Source: a virus
Taxonomy: Duplodnaviria > Heunggongvirae > Uroviricota > Caudoviricetes
Length of the DNA: 40,589 nucleotides
Direction: 5' to 3' (one strand)
Virus record (IMG/VR): IMGVR_UViG_2718217867_000004
Coordinates: 1 to 40,589 of that record
Shown here: positions 28,265 to 36,413 of the stretch, piece by piece
Position numbering within the stretch: position 1 is the stretch's first letter
How the letters are laid out: each line of letters begins with the position of its first letter
Notes under the pieces: generated by a model
The model's input: the letters and a program-made list of their open reading frames with translations, nothing else
The model's database searches: none
Told to the model about the DNA's origin: nothing
Made by a program: the position numbers and the translations under genes

Positions 28265-28348
28265 TTACCCCCAGCGGCAAATCGAATACACCACCAGCGC
28301 CACCGCCATCGCAATTCCTGCCGTTGCAAATGCTTCAGGCCAGCTCAT
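28265..28348 (-). CDS. Small hydrophobic peptide (27 aa), hypothetical
   Basis: ATG overlapping the DUF551 stop (ATGA) with a GGAGGTGA SD; peptide MSWPEAFATAGIAMAVALVVYSICRWG is one TM helix; below the ORF-track cutoff. Confidence 0.35.
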   Translation of the reverse strand: MSWPEAFATAGIAMAVALVVYSICRWG

Positions 28349-28725
28349 TGACTCACCTCCTGCGGCGGTTCCGGTAGCTGCATCCAGTGAGTTGCTTGCT
28401 CAATACCATTACCCGGCTTAATCGTTGCATCTCCGCGCCGAAAGGTGCTTCCGGTATAGCGTGCGGAGCATATTAGCGGTTCAACCAGAGAGCTATCGAA
28501 ATTCACTGAAATAAGCACGTTCTCGCCCTTTTCAGGCATTCGCGCACTACAGCTTATCCAACCATCCGGAGTTACCGGATAGTTGCGCATTGCGATCTTA
28601 AATACCTCATAGAAGCAACCTTTCAGATTATTGAACTGACGCCCGTTCAGAGGGCCATGTTCTGTCAATATGTTGTGTAATTTCCATGCCGCGTCGTTAA
28701 CTTCGTTGGATGACATGGGAGGCAA
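28345..28725 (-). CDS. DUF551-like phage protein
   Basis: 126 aa ORF in the nin region; family assigned from memory of the sequence type. Confidence 0.7.
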   Translation of the reverse strand: MPPMSSNEVNDAAWKLHNILTEHGPLNGRQFNNLKGCFYEVFKIAMRNYPVTPDGWISCSARMPEKGENVLISVNFDSSLVEPLICSARYTGSTFRRGDATIKPGNGIEQATHWMQLPEPPQEVSQ

Positions 28726-28746
28726 CTTGCAAGTTTGGCTTACAGG

Positions 28747-28869
28747 TTATGCTTCCAGCGAGGCTAACGCTATTTCATAAGCTCGGCGCTCAATATTGTC
28801 TCTCACGTCCAGGCTGCCTATGCGCTCTTTGATTTCTTTAATCATTTCTTTGTCGGTAAAAGTGCTCAT
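28747..28869 (-). CDS. Small hypothetical protein (40 aa)
   Basis: MSTFTDKEMIKEIKERIGSLDVRDNIERRAYEIALASLEA with an AGGAG SD 7 nt upstream; below the track cutoff. Confidence 0.4.
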   Translation of the reverse strand: MSTFTDKEMIKEIKERIGSLDVRDNIERRAYEIALASLEA

Positions 28870-28870
28870 A

Positions 28871-29470
28871 TCAATCTCCTTTGGTACCAATGTTTACAGC
28901 CTGGCAAGCCTCTTTGAGTACCCAATCAACAGCGTCTTTCCATGCTCCGGTTTCGACTGGCGGATTTTCACGCTTAACCTGTTCATAGAAGCGCACTGCT
29001 TTAACCAGTCCTTTCGGTACTACTGGCGATGGCTGTTTGGCTTCCAAATCAGCAATTCTGTCAACCACGGCATCGACGGCATCTGAAAAGCCGAACCAGT
29101 TACTCCACTCCGGCCTGTTACCGGTTGCTGCAAAGTACATATCATCTAAAGCAGACTCAGCATGGTCACGCTCATTGATGAGTTGTTCTTCGCTTTTCTC
29201 CAGTTCTGCTATGCGCTTGTTTTGGGTTTCCCGTTCATCCAGCAACTCCTGCGCTACTTCTGGGTTGAAAGCTGCGATATAACGAGCGTTGTTCTCTGCG
29301 TTTTTCTGTTCGTCGAATCCAGGCCAGTCGACAATATCTCCGTGATGATTATCTCCTGGTGTGTGCACGGCGTACGTGCCGTGTTTGCCCGGCGAAATAA
29401 ATGCGCCCCATTCGCCCTGTGTTGCCTGTTTTGCTATCTCACGCAGTGCCTGATAGTTAATTTCTCTCAC
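28871..29470 (-). CDS. Ead/Ea22-like protein
   Basis: 199 aa; N-terminus (INYQALREIAKQATQGEWGAF) typical of the Ead/Ea22 family; GTG start overlapping the upstream stop. Confidence 0.75.
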   Translation of the reverse strand: MREINYQALREIAKQATQGEWGAFISPGKHGTYAVHTPGDNHHGDIVDWPGFDEQKNAENNARYIAAFNPEVAQELLDERETQNKRIAELEKSEEQLINERDHAESALDDMYFAATGNRPEWSNWFGFSDAVDAVVDRIADLEAKQPSPVVPKGLVKAVRFYEQVKRENPPVETGAWKDAVDWVLKEACQAVNIGTKGD

Positions 29471-29687
29471 TTCGAACCTCTCTGTTTACTGATAAGCTCC
29501 AGATCCTCCTGGCAACTGGTACAAGTCCGGCCCCCCTTAACGGCCAGTCGCCGCCGTTTATCTATCGGCTCGCCACACTCACAACAATGAGTGGAGGATA
29601 CGGAACGAAAATTTGTCTGGTATTTTGCAGGGCACTATTGCGCTGAAGTTCTTCGATCTCTGATGCCTGATCGGCAATATCAGCCAT
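29467..29687 (-). pseudogene. TraR/DksA-family C4 zinc-finger gene, frameshifted
   Basis: N-terminal frame MADIADQASEIEELQRNSALQNTRQ... stops after 41 codons; the -1 frame encodes the zinc finger ...HCCECGEPIDKRRRLAVKGGRTCTSCQEDLELISKQRGSK up to a stop overlapping the Ea22 start; frames meet near a T4 run at about 29606-29613. Confidence 0.6.
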
Positions 29688-29862
29688 TTTGTTCTTCCTC
29701 TTCGTCTTTTATTTCGTAATATGAGTAATTGCAGTAGTTAAAGAAAATTTCTTTTGCTTCGTCATTTATTTCATCAGGTGTCGCATCATCGTCCACTTCG
29801 AATACATCCTCAAAATTTCCACCAGCTATTCCCGTTTCAATAATTATTTTGAACTTTCGCAT
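29680..29862 (-). CDS. Small acidic hypothetical protein (60 aa)
   Basis: ATG with an AAGGA SD; AT-rich; stop overlaps the start of the TraR-like gene. Confidence 0.4.
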   Translation of the reverse strand: MRKFKIIIETGIAGGNFEDVFEVDDDATPDEINDEAKEIFFNYCNYSYYEIKDEEEEQNG

Positions 29863-29957
29863 ATTGCTACCGTCCTTTCGGGCAGCCTCCTGATGTTCTG
29901 AGGGTGCAGAAATCCCTCCGGTTAAGGATTAAATTAAATTTGCTGTGCTAAATTTAA

Positions 29958-30413
29958 TTATTCAGTTTTTATTCCCGTTCTCAAAACAGCCTCTGCCATT
30001 CTGATATCCGGATTTTCTGAAATCATCTTTTCTGGCGAATCGCAGTCACCACCACATTCAGTTATGCGTTCATGACCCAAACGAATTGTGGTTTTATGCG
30101 CATTAATCATTTGTGTAAGCGCGTCTGTCAATTCTGCAATGCGATTTTTTGCTGCATCCAGCTCGTCCAGCAGTGACAGTACGTCAGGATCGCTAACATC
30201 AACGACGGTTACACGCGATTTCAGGTAATGCTCATCCGCAAAAGTTCGACCAAACTTTAAATATCCATCATCCCCCTCGCCTGTGCAGGCATACACAATA
30301 TGCGTTCCGGAAGATATGCGCTGCATCGACATTTCCTCGCCACAAACAGAGCATTCAGGTACTGGCTTAGGTGAATAACGTTCCCGTAGCGCCTGATAAT
30401 CAGTCTTGCTCAC
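29958..30413 (-). CDS. Zinc-ribbon-containing hypothetical protein
   Basis: GTG start with a perfect AGGAGG SD 6 nt upstream, overlapping the DUF4406 gene end; N-terminal CSVCGEEM...YACTGEG and C-terminal ECGGDC cysteine clusters. Confidence 0.5.
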   Translation of the reverse strand: MSKTDYQALRERYSPKPVPECSVCGEEMSMQRISSGTHIVYACTGEGDDGYLKFGRTFADEHYLKSRVTVVDVSDPDVLSLLDELDAAKNRIAELTDALTQMINAHKTTIRLGHERITECGGDCDSPEKMISENPDIRMAEAVLRTGIKTE

Positions 30414-30705
30414 TGGCTGCCTCCTGAAAAATAACCGCATGTCCCAGTTTCTCCGCCAGCGCCAGTTCTGCCTTAGCGCCTGCCGACCGCTGCCAGCCTT
30501 TCAGCATGTAAATCGCATCCACGCAACGAATCATTGCCATACAGATATCCATGTAATGCGGCTGTGTCAGCCCGTCCGGAAGCACTGCCGGATTCAGGAC
30601 GGTATGCCCTTCCCGTTTCAGTTCCTCTTCCGCCTTGTGAAATGCCTCACGGTTGAAATTTTCATACCCCGTCATTGGACCGGCGATAGAAACCCTCACT
30701 CTCAC
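30400..30705 (-). CDS. DUF4406-like protein (nucleoside 2-deoxyribosyltransferase-like fold)
   Basis: 101 aa starting MRVRVSIAGPMTGYENFNREAF, the signature N-terminus of this family. Confidence 0.75.
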   Translation of the reverse strand: MRVRVSIAGPMTGYENFNREAFHKAEEELKREGHTVLNPAVLPDGLTQPHYMDICMAMIRCVDAIYMLKGWQRSAGAKAELALAEKLGHAVIFQEAASEQD

Positions 30706-31019
30706 TCCTGAACCCTCCTGTCGAAATAAACATAGTTATTCACCGTGCGCAGCGGCATTTCGAATTTTTCCGCTATCTCGCGACGTGAAATGCCCTGCTC
30801 ATGTAGCTGTCGTATCACCTCAACGCTGCTCCGGGGCATTTTTACCGACTGGTGAAAATCACCCCGCAACATCAGACTGATACCCAGTTCCCGCGCTTTT
30901 GTTCTTACTGCCGCCTCCGTACGCCCCGTCAGCTTCCCGATGTCTTTCACCCGCATGGTTCCCGCACACTGCCGGAGTATCAGGGTTTCAGCCCTGCACC
31001 ACGTCTTCCGGTTGCCCAC
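30702..31019 (-). CDS. Putative HTH DNA-binding protein (NinH-like C-terminus)
   Basis: Two HTH-like segments (DIGKLTGRTEAAVRTKARELGI; ISRREIAEKFEMPLRTVNNYV); start uncertain (GTG at 31019, GTG at 31106 or ATG at 30956). Confidence 0.45.
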   Translation of the reverse strand: MGNRKTWCRAETLILRQCAGTMRVKDIGKLTGRTEAAVRTKARELGISLMLRGDFHQSVKMPRSSVEVIRQLHEQGISRREIAEKFEMPLRTVNNYVYFDRRVQE

Positions 31020-31021
31020 TG

Positions 31022-31768
31022 CTATTGTTCTCCGGTAGCTGCAATCTTCCGGAGAATATCCCTGTGTTTGTTCAGCTCCCGCAGCGCAGCACAGACACGC
31101 TCCCACTTCCGGATATCACTTTTCACCCTACGCAGCTCGCGGTTTGCCTGTCGCAGCGATGGCAGAACCAGATTATCCACTCGCTTTTCCGTTACCGATG
31201 ACTGCGACTGTACAATGTCCGCCACAGTTTCTGTTTTAATATCTTCCTGTGCTGCAGCTTCCTGTACTGGTAACGCAACACCTGCTGGCTGAGGAAAGGC
31301 TTTACCATTGGTTTCCGCTACCGATTCAACTTTCGGCTCTACTGGTAAATTATCACCCGGTATGCAGTAACGAAATTTACCGTTCTGATTTACGCGAATC
31401 AGGCGTCCTTTGCTGATTGCCATAGCCAGCGTTGAAGCCACTTTGCGTGATGTGGTACCGAACAACGTAGCCAGTTCATCCGCAGTTAGTGGACCACGTT
31501 GTTCAATCGTCGCGGTTAAATCGCACTCCGGTATTTTCGCGACTGTTGCCGTGGTGGTTTCTTCCGGCGGTTCTGCCTGCTCTGGCTGTTCCTGCTGAGC
31601 GTTGTTATCAGCCACACGCCAGGTGTATACGCTTTTATCAACGAAACCAGCCTTTTTCAGCTCCCACAGCTCGTTCAGCACTTCTTCACGACTGATATCA
31701 AGTCGCGCAGCCAGCTCTACCGACGTGGCTTTGCCCATTGCTTTCAGTGCGTCAAAAACGGTTTCCAT
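31022..31768 (-). CDS. Winged-helix-like protein (DUF1627-like), hypothetical
   Basis: Start placed at [13 protein letters not shown] (GGGAGA SD); central Pro/Glu/Gln-rich linker; sits between the DnaC-like gene and the nin region. A 1-nt mismatch between my stop reading and the track coordinates is unresolved. Confidence 0.55.
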   Translation of the reverse strand: METVFDALKAMGKATSVELAARLDISREEVLNELWELKKAGFVDKSVYTWRVADNNAQQEQPEQAEPPEETTTATVAKIPECDLTATIEQRGPLTADELATLFGTTSRKVASTLAMAISKGRLIRVNQNGKFRYCIPGDNLPVEPKVESVAETNGKAFPQPAGVALPVQEAAAQEDIKTETVADIVQSQSSVTEKRVDNLVLPSLRQANRELRRVKSDIRKWERVCAALRELNKHRDILRKIAATGEQ

Positions 31769-31790
31769 AAAATTTTTCTCCCGGTAAAAA

Positions 31791-32537
31791 TTACTTCTCT
31801 GTTCCTGGCTGACCGACATTCGAACGCCAGCTTTCCCAGTTAAAATTCACCCAGCGACCACCGTTCATGGTCATGCGGTCCATCACTCGCTCTCCCAGAA
31901 GGGTGCTCATCGCGGTATGGTTCAGGTTCGTCAGCATCCCGACACTGCGCATCGAAGCCGTTCTGCGGTCGACTATCTGGTTCAGAGTGACCTGTTCATT
32001 GCGTGTATCACGCTGCATGCCAATCTCATCCAGAACCAGCAGGTCAACGTTGCACAATCCCTGCAAAAACTTTTCACCCGAGTTTTTGTTGTCGTAGCTG
32101 CCGTGCAACGCCAGCATCACATCAGCCACAGTGACCACAATCACACTCCGCCCCTTCGCCAGAAGATGGTTGCCGATGGCTGCCGCAAGGTGATTTTTTC
32201 CGGTACCCGGCTTACCGCTGAACACGAAATTTGTGCACCTGGTCATAAGTTCGTCCGCGATGGATTTTGCATGACTCAGCGCGTGGCGTTGCCCGTCGTT
32301 CTGCACCCGGTAATTCGCAAACGAACACTTCTGGTGCAACGGCTGGATACCCGAACGGTTCAGAATTTTTTCCGCATGAATCTTGTTATTCAGGCGATTA
32401 ATCTCCTCACTACGTTTTCGCCCTTCAGCAAGCCACCACTCGTACCACTCTTCCCGTGTCCGGTACGGCGCGGTTACATGCTGTGGGGCCAGTCTGCGGA
32501 TACGTTCAAGAACACCGCTTGCCGCAATATTTTTCAT
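31791..32537 (-). CDS. DnaC-like helicase loader (IstB-type AAA+ ATPase)
   Basis: 248 aa; Walker [18 protein letters not shown] and Walker B LLVLDEIG. Confidence 0.9.
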   Translation of the reverse strand: MKNIAASGVLERIRRLAPQHVTAPYRTREEWYEWWLAEGRKRSEEINRLNNKIHAEKILNRSGIQPLHQKCSFANYRVQNDGQRHALSHAKSIADELMTRCTNFVFSGKPGTGKNHLAAAIGNHLLAKGRSVIVVTVADVMLALHGSYDNKNSGEKFLQGLCNVDLLVLDEIGMQRDTRNEQVTLNQIVDRRTASMRSVGMLTNLNHTAMSTLLGERVMDRMTMNGGRWVNFNWESWRSNVGQPGTEK

Positions 32538-32543
32538 GGTCAG

Positions 32544-33350
32544 TTACCCCCTGAAGCCTGGCGGGATCGCACTATCCGGTAACGAGACGGTGTTAACCTG
32601 TCGGAGTAACGTCTCAGGTCGAACACCTTTCGGCGCGAACAAGCCCTGGTATTCATTGGCGATGCTGTGTCGAATCACCTGCTCAGGTGAAAAACCCTGC
32701 TGGCGGAATTTTTCCAGCTCCCGTATCGCCCCGTTAGCGCCCTGCTCCGTTCGAATCGGTTTTCGCAATGCCTGGCGAAATTCAACCCACTCACGCCAAA
32801 GCGAGACAGAAATCCAGTTCGGCAAAGCAATATCCAGAGGGTCAAACTTTTTGACACCTCGATTCCCCCGGGGGGGATTTAGGGGGGGATCTGTTTTTAG
32901 ATCTTTATCTGTATCTTTATTAGTTGCCTTTGTGTTCGCGCCATGTTCAAACACCATTTCAACGTCTGTTTGAACACCTGTTAAATTTCGCTCGTGTTTT
33001 GTTTGAGCATATGATTCCTTTCTGTTTCTCCTGGCCTGAACAGATGCTTTTCCCGCAGCCGATTTTTTTATTGATTTTTCCCTGACTGATGCCAGATCTT
33101 CCTCAATCCGAAGGTGCATCCATTCATCGCCGTTATCGCAAAAAAACTCCCGCAAGGATGGTTCAACATCAGCCCATCGCTCGTTAGTCAGACGGGCAAT
33201 TTTTGCCAGCCTGTTTTTAGGTATTGGCTTTCCTGTTTGCCAGTAATTGAACATCAGTAACAAATACGCACCATGCTCCTCTGCTGACAAATGCATGGTG
33301 TCGGCCAGGTAATCAGCTATGTACAGTTGCATGTATGGTAATGCGGCCAT
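32544..33350 (-). CDS. Replication initiation protein (YdaU-like N-terminus, DnaT-like C-terminal domain)
   Basis: 268 aa; N-terminus MAALPYMQLYIADYLADTMHLSAEEHGAYLLLMFNYWQ, basic linker, C-terminal DnaT-like region; sits upstream of the DnaC-like gene as in the Rac ydaU-ydaV arrangement. Confidence 0.75.
   Translation of the reverse strand: MAALPYMQLYIADYLADTMHLSAEEHGAYLLLMFNYWQTGKPIPKNRLAKIARLTNERWADVEPSLREFFCDNGDEWMHLRIEEDLASVREKSIKKSAAGKASVQARRNRKESYAQTKHERNLTGVQTDVEMVFEHGANTKATNKDTDKDLKTDPPLNPPRGNRGVKKFDPLDIALPNWISVSLWREWVEFRQALRKPIRTEQGANGAIRELEKFRQQGFSPEQVIRHSIANEYQGLFAPKGVRPETLLRQVNTVSLPDSAIPPGFRG
32841..32940. promoter_or_regulatory. Candidate replication origin inside the initiator gene
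   Basis: GTCAAACTTTTTGAC palindrome, CCCCCGGGGGGG and GGGGGGG tracts, two GATCT units (Dam sites) and an A/T-rich stretch, all within the linker-coding region. Confidence 0.4.
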
Positions 33351-33420
33351 AATTGCCTCTTCTGATACCGAATCTCTTAATCACGCACTACCGGAAGCGA
33401 TCCAGTATAAATATTGCCAG

Positions 33421-33845
33421 TCAATGCACCGCCACGGCATTTCCTGCCGGACCACCGCGATTCATCTGGTCGAACAGAACGATCGCTGATGCAACGAACT
33501 CATCGATATCTTTCACCAGCCGATCCCGTCGCTCGACAATCTCCCGGTGATACTCCGAACTGTGACTACGCATTCGGGCCACCAGCGGTGGCGGCATTGC
33601 CTTTTCGATCGCTGGTAACAACGCCTGAATTTTTTAACCGCATCAGGAGTATCTTTCTCCACCCAGCGGAAAATTTTCTGAGTATTGCGAGCCAGGGCTT
33701 CTGGGTGTGAATCGTCGTACAGTTCCGGAAACGTCATACCCAGCTCAAAATAAGCCCGGGTTATTTCAGCCGCCGGAACTTTTTCACCGTCCGGATACGC
33801 CCAGGCATTCATCGCCATGCGGATGTGTTCATGCTTGATTTTCAT
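33421..33845 (-). pseudogene. YdaT-like gene split by a frameshift in an A6 tract
   Basis: N-terminal ORF (33513-33845, MKIKHEHI...) and a +1-frame ORF (33421-33621) overlap; inserting one A in the AAAAAA run at about 33628-33633 joins them into a single ORF of about 140 aa. Confidence 0.55.
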
Positions 33846-34057
33846 GAATCATTCTTTCCTTCGTTCGAGGTGTTATCCTGCTTCTTGTAAAGTTCTGGAT
33901 TGTATTTCAATTCACCGTTAGTAATTTCATCCAGCTCCATTGCGCGAAGTTTGGGAATAACTGCTTTCCACCGCACAACAGCCACATGTGAAATTCCAAG
34001 AGCCTCAGCTACTAGTCGCTTTTTTTTGAAATAGCGCAGAACATCATCTTTGAACAT
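33842..34057 (-). CDS. Cro-like HTH regulator (YdaS/Cro family)
   Basis: 71 aa with HTH KKKRLVAEALGISHVAVVRWK; divergent from cI across an operator-bearing gap; ATGA overlap with the YdaT-like gene. Confidence 0.8.
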   Translation of the reverse strand: MFKDDVLRYFKKKRLVAEALGISHVAVVRWKAVIPKLRAMELDEITNGELKYNPELYKKQDNTSNEGKNDS

Positions 34058-34085
34058 AAAACTCTCCTGTTATTTCGAACAAGAG

Positions 34086-34150
34086 GGTAACAATAGTTAC
34101 ATAATGATGTCAACCATAGTAACATTACTTGGTAGTAACATTGGTTACAT
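34086..34150. promoter_or_regulatory. OR-like operator cluster between cro and cI
   Basis: Three sites with inverted GTAAC/GTTAC half-sites (GGTAACAATAGTTAC, GTAACATTACTTGG, GTAACATTGGTTAC) in the divergent promoter region. Confidence 0.6.
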
Positions 34151-34823
34151 GAAAAACACTATCAGCGAACGTATTCGGAATCGTCGAAAAGACGTTGGAC
34201 TAACTCAACAGCAGGTTGCGAAAGCAATCGGCATATCTCGCGTATCCGTAACAAAATGGGAAAATGGCTCTTCAAAACCTGACGGTGAGAATTTGCATCT
34301 GCTGTCAAAATTGCTTTCCAAATCTCCTGAATGGATTCTTTATGGAAAGGATGGTCACGATAAAACCGACGATCTGCGTCTGAATCAGCACCTTTACATT
34401 AGTGACAACATCGCCCGGTTGCCCGTTTTAACGTGGGAACAGGCTGGTTATTGGGATATGAGTTGCCCAGTAACCGAGATTCCTGGTATTAAGAATTGGG
34501 TTGATGTCATGACAAAAACCGCTGAAAACTCTTTTTTATTGCGCGTTGAGGGAGATGCGATGACGAACTCTAACGGCCTCCCAACCATCCCCGACGGATC
34601 TACCGTGCTGATCACTCCATGCTCAAGTAACATTAGAGAACTGGTGGGAAAAATAATCTTAATCCAATTGGAAGGAACGCCGAACGTAACACTAAAAAAA
34701 GTTGCGATTGACGGACCAAACATCTATCTGCTGTCACTGAATCCGCTTTACAAACCCATTGAACTGAATGGTGGTTACACTATTAAAGGTAAAGTTTCAC
34801 AAATACATCAATATTTAGACTGA
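34149..34823 (+). CDS. cI-like repressor (N-terminal HTH, C-terminal S24 LexA-like peptidase domain)
   Basis: HTH (LTQQQVAKAIGISRVSVTKWENG) and S24 autocleavage domain (VEGDAMT...KGK); start chosen at MKNTIS just after the operators; the track ORF begins at 34050. Confidence 0.85.
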   Translation: MKNTISERIRNRRKDVGLTQQQVAKAIGISRVSVTKWENGSSKPDGENLHLLSKLLSKSPEWILYGKDGHDKTDDLRLNQHLYISDNIARLPVLTWEQAGYWDMSCPVTEIPGIKNWVDVMTKTAENSFLLRVEGDAMTNSNGLPTIPDGSTVLITPCSSNIRELVGKIILIQLEGTPNVTLKKVAIDGPNIYLLSLNPLYKPIELNGGYTIKGKVSQIHQYLD

Positions 34824-34828
34824 GTCAG

Positions 34829-34855
34829 AACCCGCATTCATTGCGGGTTTTTTTG
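34829..34855 (+). terminator. Rho-independent terminator after cI
   Basis: Hairpin CCCGCATTCATTGCGGG followed by T7. Confidence 0.6.
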
Positions 34856-34874
34856 CGGCCCTATATGTACCTTT

Positions 34875-34915
34875 TGCAACATCATGTTGACTTTGCTGGT
34901 AACTCTTGTTACCTT
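34875..34915. promoter_or_regulatory. OL-like operator sites / early promoter region
   Basis: Palindromes CAACATCATGTTG and GGTAACTCTTGTTACC (same GTAAC half-site as OR) upstream of the rightward early operon. Confidence 0.5.
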
Positions 34916-35095
34916 GACAACATACCAACCCACCCCGCCCCACAGAACGCCGGGCAATACTTCGAGTTACCAGGCAGGTGATCAGGGGTCAATGTAGCCA
35001 GCCCGAGGCATTCGAAAGTGACGGCAGGGTTCAACTTTTAACTATGCAGCAGGTTTTTGTTCCGCTACCCCGGCGATAAGGGGAAATGAGGTCAA

Positions 35096-35248
35096 CATGG
35101 AAACTATCGATCTTGGCAACAACGAATCTCTGGTGTGCGGCGTGTTTCCCAACCAGGACGGAACGTTCACGGCGATGACGTATACAAAAAGCAAAACGTT
35201 TAAAACCGAATCTGGCGCGCGTCGTTGGTTGGTAAGACATTCAGGTGA
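35096..35248 (+). CDS. Small protein, YdfA-like (50 aa)
   Basis: METIDLGNNESLVCGVFPNQDGTFTAMTYTKSKTFKTESGARSLVGKTFR with a GAGG SD; position and size match ydfA of the Qin dicB operon; below the track cutoff. Confidence 0.45.
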
Positions 35249-35253
35249 ATAAA

Positions 35254-35400
35254 ATGAACGAAACAGAATTAAAACACGTTATCGCTCTGCTTCTGGAGGA
35301 TGCAAAACGCCTCCAGCAACTGGAACCAAATGCAGGCACTGAAGCCCGCATCTGGCTGGCATTGCACGCTATTGAGTCAGGTCGTGATGATGAAGGTTAA
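35254..35400 (+). CDS. Small protein, YdfB-like (48 aa)
   Basis: MNETELKHVIALLLEDAKRLQQLEPNAGTEARIWLALHAIESGRDDEG with an AGGTGA SD 5 nt upstream. Confidence 0.45.
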   Translation: MNETELKHVIALLLEDAKRLQQLEPNAGTEARIWLALHAIESGRDDEG

Positions 35401-35598
35401 GCATCATCTAAGTTTTTTACATAGCGCCCATTAGATTCGGTAACAAGAACTCCGGGATTTTTCTTAACTTTTGAGGCCACTGATTCAGCAAGGTCAGCAA
35501 CAGATTCTTTGTCTTCATTCTTGCTTGAATATATATATTCGGCATTAGGAAGACGGTAGGTGTTCCCTAAAGAGGTTGTAATCGTTCTGGAGAATCCC

Positions 35599-35760
35599 AT
35601 GAAGCTTATCGTAATCAGCGGAACTGGAATCGCGAAGTTCGATCCTGACTGTAAATTTTGCCATTTTATCCTCCATTTAGGTTCTGGGTTAGAAATGGAG
35701 ACCAATACGGGGCTACGTGTGGTCGTGCGCCGGACACGGATAAGAATCCGGCACTGACAG
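35599..35760 (+). CDS. Small hypothetical protein (53 aa), possible ydfC-position gene
   Basis: ATG with a GGAG SD 6 nt upstream, on the operon strand; an antisense 67-aa ORF (35397-35600) competes for the adjacent AT-rich segment. Confidence 0.3.
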
Positions 35761-36000
35761 TTTACTGAAAGGATATATCCCTGAAAAGTCAGGGCATAAC
35801 ACGAAAGCGTACGGCGAAGGCCTTCACCTATGAGGTTTGTCGTTAAATTACTTCGACCGTGCGCTTCCGGTTGTGGCAATCCGCGAAATGGCGCGGCGGT
35901 AAGTATGGCGGGGTTATTCCTTCCCCCGTTGAGGACACCGGGTTGTCAGGTTGACCATACGCTTAAGTGACAACCTCGCTGCAACGCCCTCTGTTATCAA

Positions 36001-36058
36001 TTTTCTGGTGACGTTTGGCGGTATCAGTTTTACTCCGTGACTGCTCTGCCGCCCTTTT
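36001..36058 (+). ncRNA. dicF: DicF small RNA
   Basis: TTTCTGGTGACGTTTGGCGGTATCAGTTTTACTCCGTGACTGCTCTGCCGCCCTTTTT matches the DicF sequence as I recall it, with its intrinsic terminator; lies upstream of dicB. Confidence 0.85.
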
Positions 36059-36228
36059 TAAAGTGAATTTTGTGATGTGGTGAATGCGGCTAAGCGCACG
36101 CGGAACAGTTAAAACCAAAAACAGTGTTATGGGTGGATTCTCTGTATCCGGCGTTAATTGTTAACTGGTTAACGTCACCTGGAGGCACCAGGCACCGCAT
36201 CACAAAATTCATTGTTGAGGACGCGATA

Positions 36229-36411
36229 ATGGAAACGTTATTACCAAACGTTAATACGTCTGAAGGTTGTTTTGAAATTGGTGTCAGAATCAGTAACCCT
36301 GTATTTACTGAAGATGCCATTAATAAGAGAAAACACGAACGGGAGTTATTAAATAAAATATGCATTGTTTCAATGCTGGCCCGTTTACGCCTGATGCAAA
36401 AAGGACGCTGA
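36229..36411 (+). CDS. dicB: Cell division inhibitor DicB
   Basis: 60 aa METLLPNVNTSEGCFEIGVRISNPVFTEDAINKRKHERELLNKICIVSMLARLRLMQKGR; GAGGA SD; closely matches DicB as I recall it. Confidence 0.85.
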   Translation: METLLPNVNTSEGCFEIGVRISNPVFTEDAINKRKHERELLNKICIVSMLARLRLMQKGR

Positions 36412-36413
36412 CA

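Noticed and set aside
31917-32973. Plus-strand ORFs of 221 and 196 aa
   Set aside because: Antisense to the DnaC-like and YdaU-like replication genes, which have clear motifs.
35397-35879. 160-aa minus-strand ORF
   Set aside because: The N-terminal 90 codons are low-complexity and overlap a plus-strand ORF with a good SD; only the C-terminal 67 aa (35397-35600) look protein-like and even these lack an SD; kept only as an open question.
35830-35970. 46-aa plus-strand ORF (MRFVVKLLRPCASG...) as ydfC
   Set aside because: Weak SD, low-complexity sequence and it lies entirely within the hairpin-rich presumed RNA precursor; too uncertain to call.
35760-36000. Retron msr/msd-like structured RNA
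   Set aside because: No reverse transcriptase ORF anywhere in the window; the structured region is directly upstream of DicF and is better explained as the dicF precursor region.
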